Shown here in pieces: positions 18,216 through 25,133 of a stretch of DNA of 25,133 nt (the first letter of the stretch is position 1; each line of letters starts with the position of its first letter). The notes below the pieces were generated by a model that was given only the letters and a program-made list of their open reading frames with translations, was not told the DNA's origin and did not search any database. The position numbers were made by a program, and so were the translations under genes. This DNA comes from Vampirovibrionaceae bacterium NZW_1234 (GTDB taxonomy: Bacteria > Cyanobacteriota > Vampirovibrionia > Vampirovibrionales > JAGQHJ01), in NCBI GenBank assembly GCA_041697335.1, contig JBGUGD010000005.1, positions 1 through 25,133 on the forward strand. Direction: 5' to 3'.

Positions 18216-19349
18216 ATGCAAACATCCATTCAGGTTGATTCCGAAAAATTGCTCCAAACCTTCTTGTCCTTGGTCCGACTGGACAGTCCCAGCGGCAAGG
18301 AAGATTTGGTGCGGGAATACTTGATCCAACGCCTTTGTGCACTGGATATTCCTTTTCAGGTAGATTCCGCAGGAAACCTGATTGCCTCGATCTCAGGCCA
18401 ATCAAATCAAAGTGGGAAAACGTTGATTATTACGGGCCATATGGATGTCGTTCCGCCATGTATGGGGGTTGAACCCATCGTCGAGGGGCAAGGTGAGAAC
18501 TGTGTCATTCGGTCCTCCGGTAACACGGTCCTGGGTGCAGACGATAAGTCCGGCCTCGCACCCATGCTTGAAGCCCTGGAATTAAGTTTAGAACATAACC
18601 TGGCGCGGCCCAATCTTCTGTTCCTCTTTACGACCGAAGAAGAAGTCATGCTGAACGGAGCCAAAAACATGGATCCGTCTCTCTATCACCATGCTGACTT
18701 TGCAATCGCCCTGGATCACACTGGGAAGCAAGGAACTCTCATCTACGAAGCGCCCTCTTATTATAAATTCAAGATGACCGTCCATGGCAAAAGCGTTCAT
18801 GCAGGTATCATGCCAGAAAAGGGCATTAATGCAATTCAACTTCTCAGTTACGTTTTGGAAAAAATTGATTTTGGCCGACTGGATGAAAATACCACCTCCA
18901 ATTTAGGCTTTATTTCCGGAGGAAAAGCCCCAAATATCGTGCCTGATCTGGCTGTTGCGGAAGGAGAGTTGCGTGGTCACGATGAGGTCCGTCTTTCCAA
19001 CGAAATTGAGCACATAGAAAACACCTTGAAGCAGATTATTGACCCGATTGACGGAGCACACTACGAGTTTGAATCCCAGCTCTGTTTTCAACATTACCGC
19101 ACCGAACCACAACATCCAGACGTACAACGGGTTATTCGGGCCATTGAAACCCTCGGGTTGCCCGTTAACCTAATCCGCACCAACGGAGGCAGTGATGTCA
19201 ATATTTTTGCTCAGCATGGTGTGCCTGGCATTGTCTTGAGTGCAGGATATATGGAACCTCATTCTCTGAATGAGCGGGTCCCTTTAAAGGATATGATTAC
19301 ATGTACTCAGCTGTTACTCGGCATTTGGGAGCAGTTTGCAAACACATGA
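18216..19349 (+). CDS. M20 family metallopeptidase, peptidase T-like
   Basis: DSPSGKE, GHMDVV, LGADDKSG, TEEE, GKSVHAG..PEKGINAI, GGSDVN, HSLNE. Confidence 0.92.
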   Translation: MQTSIQVDSEKLLQTFLSLVRLDSPSGKEDLVREYLIQRLCALDIPFQVDSAGNLIASISGQSNQSGKTLIITGHMDVVPPCMGVEPIVEGQGENCVIRSSGNTVLGADDKSGLAPMLEALELSLEHNLARPNLLFLFTTEEEVMLNGAKNMDPSLYHHADFAIALDHTGKQGTLIYEAPSYYKFKMTVHGKSVHAGIMPEKGINAIQLLSYVLEKIDFGRLDENTTSNLGFISGGKAPNIVPDLAVAEGELRGHDEVRLSNEIEHIENTLKQIIDPIDGAHYEFESQLCFQHYRTEPQHPDVQRVIRAIETLGLPVNLIRTNGGSDVNIFAQHGVPGIVLSAGYMEPHSLNERVPLKDMITCTQLLLGIWEQFANT

Positions 19350-19900
19350 CCTCGATTGATGTCCCCCATTACCCAGAGAAAACCTTAGGATCCAGCGAGG
19401 TCTTTAAAGGCGCCATACTGCGCCTGCGTTTGGATGAAGCCGAAATGCCCAATGGAAAAAAAGCCTCCCGAGAAGTTGTAGAACATCCTGGGGGTGCCGC
19501 TGTTATGGCAGAATTGCCTAACGGAAAACTCTTATTGATTCGCCAATTTCGTTATCCCCTGGGCCACGATCTTTATGAATTCCCTGCTGGCAAGCTCGAT
19601 CCTGGAGAATCTCCTTTGAGCAGTATTCAACGGGAACTGGAAGAGGAAACCGGCTATACGGCATCCGACTGGCAGGAATTAACGACCATTTATACCTCTC
19701 CCGGCTTCTGTAATGAACGAATTAGCCTGTACAGAGCCACCGGCCTTAAACGTTCCCCGAACCCTCGCCGAGAGGAAGATGAATTTATTGATGTTCTGGA
19801 AGTCACCCGGGATGAATTGCGCCACATGATTCAAACTCGCCAGGTGATTGATGCCAAGACCATTTGTACATTAGCGTTAGTAGAGCTGTTGGCAGGTTAA
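19346..19900 (+). CDS. nudF: NUDIX hydrolase, ADP-ribose pyrophosphatase
   Basis: REVVEHPG, QFRYP, EFPAGKLDPGE...RELEEETG (Nudix box), YTSPGF, DAKT. ATGA overlap with the peptidase stop sets the start at 19346. Confidence 0.88.
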   Translation: MTSIDVPHYPEKTLGSSEVFKGAILRLRLDEAEMPNGKKASREVVEHPGGAAVMAELPNGKLLLIRQFRYPLGHDLYEFPAGKLDPGESPLSSIQRELEEETGYTASDWQELTTIYTSPGFCNERISLYRATGLKRSPNPRREEDEFIDVLEVTRDELRHMIQTRQVIDAKTICTLALVELLAG

Positions 19901-19902
19901 CG

Positions 19903-20748
19903 ATGCTCGTTGAAGAACCCCCATCTTTTGTTATTGATGCACCCATCATCAATCGGGACGATCCGAATACCATCTGGTCTATTCTAATGCAGGCTCGGGT
20001 TCTGGCACGTTGTCCTGTCTCCAACTTTCGTGTCGGCGCCGTGGCGATAGGTGCAAGTGGGAAAGCCTACTTGGGCTTAAACCTGGAATTTGAAGGTCAA
20101 CCCCACGCACAATCCGTTCATGCGGAACAATTTGCAGTGACACTCGCTCGACGCTATGGGGAAACAGCACTGACCCATTTATTTGTTTCAGAAATCCCAT
20201 GTGGTCACTGTCGCCAATTTCTAACGGAACTGGGTAACCCAGACCTTCCGATAACGGTGGTGCATGGTGAGATTTGGCAGGAACATACGCTGGCCAGTTT
20301 ACTTCCAACCCCGTTCACGCTAGCCGATTCAGACACAGGCTTACTGGCAGTTCCTCACCGCCAACTTATTGTCAAAGATGCAAACATGGACGACCCTATT
20401 ATTACGGAAGCCTTAGGTGCCGCCGAACATTCCTATGTTCCTTATACTGAACACTGGTCCGGCTTGGCGATTGAGCTCGATACCGAAGAATTTGTTTCGG
20501 GCGGACTCATCGAAAGCGGTGCTTACAACCCGACGTTACCTGCTCTTCAAGCAGCTCTAATTCAACTGGTTTCCGAACACGGACATTATCATCAAATCCG
20601 GCGGGTTTGCTTGGTTGAACGCGATGATAGCCCCATGAGTTATGCTGTAAGCGCCTCCATGTTAACCCGTTCACTGTCCGGGCTAGCCGAATTTATGTTT
20701 TTCACGGCCGTTGATTCCGTCAGTCAGGAAACCACCCCTTCTGACTGA
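19903..20748 (+). CDS. cdd: Cytidine deaminase, two-domain homodimeric type
   Basis: PVSNFRVGA, GLNLEF, HAEQ, PCGHCRQFLTEL, second domain SYVPY...ESGAYNPTLPALQAAL. ATG lies 2 nt after the nudF stop. Confidence 0.92.
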   Translation: MLVEEPPSFVIDAPIINRDDPNTIWSILMQARVLARCPVSNFRVGAVAIGASGKAYLGLNLEFEGQPHAQSVHAEQFAVTLARRYGETALTHLFVSEIPCGHCRQFLTELGNPDLPITVVHGEIWQEHTLASLLPTPFTLADSDTGLLAVPHRQLIVKDANMDDPIITEALGAAEHSYVPYTEHWSGLAIELDTEEFVSGGLIESGAYNPTLPALQAALIQLVSEHGHYHQIRRVCLVERDDSPMSYAVSASMLTRSLSGLAEFMFFTAVDSVSQETTPSD

Positions 20749-22511
20749 AACTGGATTTCATATAACGCTTTATAAAGACTACAGCGTTCCAAGAGTTCCG
20801 CATGCGTTCCACAATCCACAACTTGGCCTTGTTCCATCAAAACAACCCGATCCACATGCTGGATAGTAGACAATCGGTGCGCAATGATAATAACCGTTTT
20901 ACCTTTGGCCAGGTAGTGCATGGCTTCACGAATGCGAGCTTCGGACAAATTATCGAGCGAATGCGTCATCTCATCGAGAATTAAAATTTTACTGTTTTTG
21001 AGTAACGCTCGTGCAATAGCCACTCGTTGCTTCTCGCCTTCCGAGAGCGAGACACCGTACTCACCAATCGTCCTACTGAGACCATCCTCCAAAGAATTCT
21101 TTGGACTAAGTGATCGAATAAACTCAAATAAGCCAGCCTTCTTTAGCACATCTTCAATCTGATCATCCGCGACTTCACAAAGCCCGGCCGTTAGATTGTC
21201 CCGAATACTCCCTTCAAACAGGAAATTTTCCTGCATCACCATCGAAATATTACTGCGCAACGACGTTAGCGAAACATCCCTTATATCAACCCCATCAATC
21301 AGAACCGCTCCAGAATTCACATCAAAGAACCGGGGAATTAAGTTCACGAGTGTCGATTTACCACTACCACTTGGACCAATAATCGCAATCTGCTCACCCG
21401 GCTGAATTTGGAGATTCAGCCCCGAAAACAGAGGCTCAGACTGTTGTTCATAATAAAACTCAATATCTTGAAACTCAATAGAAGGGGCTTTACTCAGAAC
21501 CAGCTCCTGACACCCTGACTTATCCACAATCTTAGGACGGTTATTCAGCGTGGTTAAAATCCTGAATCCGGCATGCGCCGCATTATTTAAGGCTGTTGTT
21601 GAATTCCCGAAACCCAAAATTTGCTTGTATAACATCGTGACTACAATCAACAACGTAACAACCGTGCCTTGTGAGAATTGATGGACCGGCAAGTAGGAGC
21701 CACAATAAAAAATGAGACTGGCAACCCCCAGTGCCGATAGAACTTGAGAAAGAGACATTAGCCCGCAATTAATCTGGTTTTGCCGAAATTGCTTTTTAAA
21801 CAACGACTGTTGAAGTTCATAAAATCGTGTTTTCATTGAGGTTGCTAAATTATTGACATATATCAGACGAATCCCCCATTTTGCCTCCGCATACATTGCT
21901 ATAAGCTTGGCATTCACCTGATTGACTTCTTCTTGTAAACGCCCTAAGTACTGCCGAGATAATATCACCGGAATCGGTAGAAGAATAACAGCTGTGGCGG
22001 CAATAAAAGCTAAACCTGGTGCTAGATAGCACGCAGTTACGACAAGTGAAATAATGGAAAAGACCCGAATAATAAATTCGCGAAATGCATAGAAAAATTG
22101 ATAATTTAAATTTTCCGTCTCCCGATAATACTGTTGAACAATCTGTCCTGTATTGCTTTGTTGAATATAGGCCACGTCGTGGGACATTAACTTCGAAAAT
22201 AATTTGGCTTTAAAGTCATCGGTTACACGCAGGGCCAGCCATTGCCCTAATAAAAGTGAACAATAGCCCAATACTCCCCCCAACAACGCTAAGCCGAACA
22301 TCATGAGCCCGGCATAGTGAAAAGCCGACGAGACAAATCCCGTTTGTAAACTATCGAACAGCGGTTTGAAGACCACGGCCATCGCTGCCTCGGTTAGGCC
22401 TACCGGAACAGACAGCCCAATAAACAAGATAAACCAAAGCCGGTATGGCTTCAGATAAGTCCATAGACTTTGCCAGTTTGATCTCTCAAGACCTAATATC
22501 TTACGAGACAT
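20724..22511 (-). CDS. ABC exporter, fused TMD-NBD half-transporter (MsbA-like) with degenerate signature
   Basis: Multi-helix TM N-terminal half; GPSGSGKST, VMQE, LSEGEKQRVAIARAL, ILILDEMTHSLD, IAHRLST. Confidence 0.92.
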   Translation of the reverse strand: MSRKILGLERSNWQSLWTYLKPYRLWFILFIGLSVPVGLTEAAMAVVFKPLFDSLQTGFVSSAFHYAGLMMFGLALLGGVLGYCSLLLGQWLALRVTDDFKAKLFSKLMSHDVAYIQQSNTGQIVQQYYRETENLNYQFFYAFREFIIRVFSIISLVVTACYLAPGLAFIAATAVILLPIPVILSRQYLGRLQEEVNQVNAKLIAMYAEAKWGIRLIYVNNLATSMKTRFYELQQSLFKKQFRQNQINCGLMSLSQVLSALGVASLIFYCGSYLPVHQFSQGTVVTLLIVVTMLYKQILGFGNSTTALNNAAHAGFRILTTLNNRPKIVDKSGCQELVLSKAPSIEFQDIEFYYEQQSEPLFSGLNLQIQPGEQIAIIGPSGSGKSTLVNLIPRFFDVNSGAVLIDGVDIRDVSLTSLRSNISMVMQENFLFEGSIRDNLTAGLCEVADDQIEDVLKKAGLFEFIRSLSPKNSLEDGLSRTIGEYGVSLSEGEKQRVAIARALLKNSKILILDEMTHSLDNLSEARIREAMHYLAKGKTVIIIAHRLSTIQHVDRVVLMEQGQVVDCGTHAELLERCSLYKALYEIQFQSEGVVS

Positions 22512-22900
22512 TACGAGCCAACCTTCTCGAGCATCCTCGATTGGAGCAAGGATTGCCGTTCAAAGCTTACCAGAGATCTTGAAATACAGTTACGCCAGTT
22601 CTCCCGAGTCAAGGAGAATACAAGCTTTTTGTTCGCTAACCTTTTTATCATGGAAGGTTGTCACGTTTTCAAGTTACACTGGGCCACTTTGCCATCCTAA
22701 ACAATCTTTTCACAGAGATGATCCTCTTCTTACCGTATCTTTTGAGGGCCTTTGACAAGTAAGCCGATTCTGGAGTCAGAGGTTTTTACAATACGCACCC
22801 CTGAGAACGAACTCCCACAGGGGTTACTGTCATTTTAAAAATTCCTGAAATTGCTGCTTTCTCTGATGAAAAACAAGTTTTGCCCCGAATCGTTAAGAAT

Positions 22901-22951
22901 CGAAAATAAGATCGAAAAACTAGAAACTTTTTTCGATTTCTGCGGTACAAT
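22901..22951 (+). promoter_or_regulatory. recA promoter region with candidate operator palindromes
   Basis: CGAAA-ATAA-GATCG (22901-22914), AGAAA-CTTT-TTTCG (22922-22935), and a -10-like TACAAT (22946-22951). Confidence 0.5.
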
Positions 22952-23089
22952 AAGTTCACAGAAACTAAAGAGCTGGTTGATGGTGTTCACATACTGTAAC
23001 ACATGACGTGCTGCCCTTGCGGTACGATACCCAGCAAACCCTTGTGTAATCCAGAAGACGTGTTAGGTGATACAGAGAGGATAAAACGG

Positions 23090-24199
23090 ATGGCAGCACC
23101 GACTGATCCCACGATGGAAGATCGCAAAAAAGCGCTCAGCTTTACATTGGATAAAATTCAGAAAGATTTTGGCTCTGGCGCCATTATGCGCTTGGGCGAA
23201 CGTGCCCATGTCAGCGTCGATACAATCCCTACAGGAGCACTGTCTCTTGACTTGGCATTAGGTGTTGGCGGTTTACCCAGAGGCCGGGTTATTGAGATCT
23301 TTGGGCCGGAATCCAGCGGTAAAACGACATTAACACTGAGTGTCATTGCAGAAGCTCAGAAAAAAGGCGGAATTGCTGCCTTCGTTGATGCAGAGCACGC
23401 TTTAGATCCAGAATATGCAGCCAAGCTGGGTGTAAAAATTGATGAGCTCCTGGTCAGCCAACCTGACACAGGGGAGCAAGCCCTGGAAATTGCTGAACAA
23501 CTGGTTCGCTCCGGTGCGGTTGATGTCCTGGTTGTAGACTCGGTCGCAGCTTTGGTCCCCAAGGCCGAAATTGAAGGCGAAATGGGCGATTCACACATGG
23601 GCTTGCAAGCACGTTTAATGAGCCAAGCGCTTCGCAAATTGACAGCGATTGTGGGTAAAACCCGTACCACGGTTATTTTCATCAACCAATTACGTCAAAA
23701 AATCGGCGTGATGTACGGGAACCCTGAAACTACCACGGGTGGTAACGCACTGAAGTTCTACTCCAGCGTCCGCCTAGACATCCGGCGTATCGAAACCCTA
23801 AAAAAAGATGGGGAAGAGTATGGCAACCGGGTTAAAGTTCGTGTAGTGAAAAATAAAGTGGCTCCTCCCTTTAAGATTGCCGAGTTCGATATTCTCTTTG
23901 GCGAAGGGATTTCTTCGGAAGGTTGCTTATTAGACGTCGCAGCTGAATTGGATGTGGTCAAAAAATCCGGCACCTGGTACAGCTACGGTGACGAGAAGTT
24001 AGGCCAAGGACGTGATAAAGCCCGTGAATTCTTGAAAGAAAACCCACAAATTCTTTCTGAAATCGACATCCAAGTTCGAAACCGCTTACGGCCACAACAA
24101 CAAACCACCCAACCAGCTCTGGATGCTCCCAAGGAAGCCCCAGCTGTTAAGGGCAAAGGTAAGGCCGTAGCCGCAGATGTCGAAATGGAACCTGTATAG
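23090..24199 (+). CDS. recA: Recombinase RecA
   Basis: [81 protein letters not shown]. Start moved to ATG 23090 after GAGAGGA. No intein. Confidence 0.99.
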   Translation: MAAPTDPTMEDRKKALSFTLDKIQKDFGSGAIMRLGERAHVSVDTIPTGALSLDLALGVGGLPRGRVIEIFGPESSGKTTLTLSVIAEAQKKGGIAAFVDAEHALDPEYAAKLGVKIDELLVSQPDTGEQALEIAEQLVRSGAVDVLVVDSVAALVPKAEIEGEMGDSHMGLQARLMSQALRKLTAIVGKTRTTVIFINQLRQKIGVMYGNPETTTGGNALKFYSSVRLDIRRIETLKKDGEEYGNRVKVRVVKNKVAPPFKIAEFDILFGEGISSEGCLLDVAAELDVVKKSGTWYSYGDEKLGQGRDKAREFLKENPQILSEIDIQVRNRLRPQQQTTQPALDAPKEAPAVKGKGKAVAADVEMEPV

Positions 24200-24247
24200 A
24201 TTTCTTCATTCTCAAAATGACACTCCTATCACTCTTTTCGTGTTTTC

Positions 24248-24278
24248 AACCACCGGTCGTTCTGGGCCGGTGGTTTTT
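24248..24278 (+). terminator. Rho-independent terminator of recA
   Basis: AACCACCGGTC-GTTCTG-GGCCGGTGGTT followed by a T run. Confidence 0.85.
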
Positions 24279-24388
24279 GGTCTTTGTCTGTGAGAAAACA
24301 TCAGTCAGAAAGATAACATGCAATTTTAAAACATGATTGGTGTTATCTATTACGTATAAATTGAAACAATTTGGGTTTTGGGAACGTG

Positions 24389-24994
24389 ATGACGATGCAA
24401 AAGATATGCTTTGGGGCGGTTCAGCTGGCTCGCCCCGTTACAGAAACACCCAAGGGGCTGGTTGGACATTTTTGGATTACGGATCCAGATCTCGAAAAAA
24501 CTCGGATGGCCCGACAGGCCCGAACAACGGATGGCGTTGCTTACGCAACAATGCGATGGACACCAGAAGGCGATCGGTTTGATTGTTTAACCGCCCGTCT
24601 GCCTATGGATACAGGTAACTTTGTGGAGAGCGCCTTAACCATTGCGACGCTGGCACCTATGCCTTCCCCTCAAAAACGAAGCCTAATCAACGCCCTATCC
24701 CGCCTGTACCAAAGCGTGGATCGATTTCACCAGAAAGCGGTTATGACAAGTCCTGATCCAAGCCAGCAGGCAAACGCCATCATGGGCCAAAATGGCCTAT
24801 TGAATGCATTGGACAATGCCTCACAAATAGGGGTTACCCTTGGCCTCCCAGAAGATACTGAGTTAGAAACACTTTATGAGCAGCATTTTGACGGCAAGCA
24901 AGGAAGTGATATCCGAAGCGCCCTAAAACTACGTCTTAAAACCAGCGCTTTACAAATTTTCAATTATGGAGGCTACGGAAAAAGGTTGAGTTAA
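24389..24994 (+). CDS. Hypothetical protein
   Basis: About 200-aa ORF; ATG 24389 or 24395 (MTMQKICFG...) preferred over TTG 24371. No recognised domain. Confidence 0.7.
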   Translation: MTMQKICFGAVQLARPVTETPKGLVGHFWITDPDLEKTRMARQARTTDGVAYATMRWTPEGDRFDCLTARLPMDTGNFVESALTIATLAPMPSPQKRSLINALSRLYQSVDRFHQKAVMTSPDPSQQANAIMGQNGLLNALDNASQIGVTLGLPEDTELETLYEQHFDGKQGSDIRSALKLRLKTSALQIFNYGGYGKRLS

Positions 24995-25133
24995 ACAAAG
25001 CTAGTACGGGATTTGGGGTGTTTTAAATTCATCTTTACAATTTGAAATATTAGTTGGTGCCCAAATTGGCAATTCAGGCACACTGCTCCCTGACAAGGAA
25101 TCCGTAGCGCCTGAGATTGTAGGCCAATGCTAG

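Noticed and set aside
22975..23014. Fluoride (crcB) riboswitch (GATGGTGTTC...ATGAC)
   Set aside because: P1 would be only 3 bp, the pseudoknot partner ACACC is absent, and P2 is not convincing.
23003..23089. Cys-rich N-terminal extension of RecA
   Set aside because: A good SD precedes ATG 23090, RecA homology begins just after it, and ATG 23003 has no SD.

Overview
Gene-dense bacterial chromosomal window, mostly housekeeping. It most likely comes from a non-photosynthetic cyanobacterial relative (Vampirovibrionia/Melainabacteria-like); this is an inference from the cyanobacterial/plant-type CysK C-terminus, the gene repertoire and the style of the orphan proteins. In order: the 3' end of an AT-rich orphan gene, a cysK-cysE operon (-), a pentapeptide-like orphan, a PaaK/CapK-like ligase followed by a MacAB/LolCDE-like exporter trio (-), two orphan genes including a Q/N/T-rich protein, queE, a Tat-signal FAD oxidoreductase, a SpoIID/LytB protein, nnr, a HEAT-repeat protein, a peptidase T-like/nudF/cdd operon, an MsbA-like ABC half-transporter with a degenerate signature, recA and a final orphan. 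I see no CRISPR array, transposase, integrase, tRNA, rRNA or recognisable defence system. The best leads are non-coding: a helically phased TCGA repeat block next to a closed multi-stem element with a hammerhead-like core (11616-11894), a structured cysK leader with a Cys-ending uORF, a candidate sRNA with its own terminator (about 18045-18135), two HLR1/RpaB-like direct repeats, and Gram-positive-like SOS-box candidates before recA. None amounts to a demonstrated new system; all are hypotheses from pairing and motif inspection by eye.
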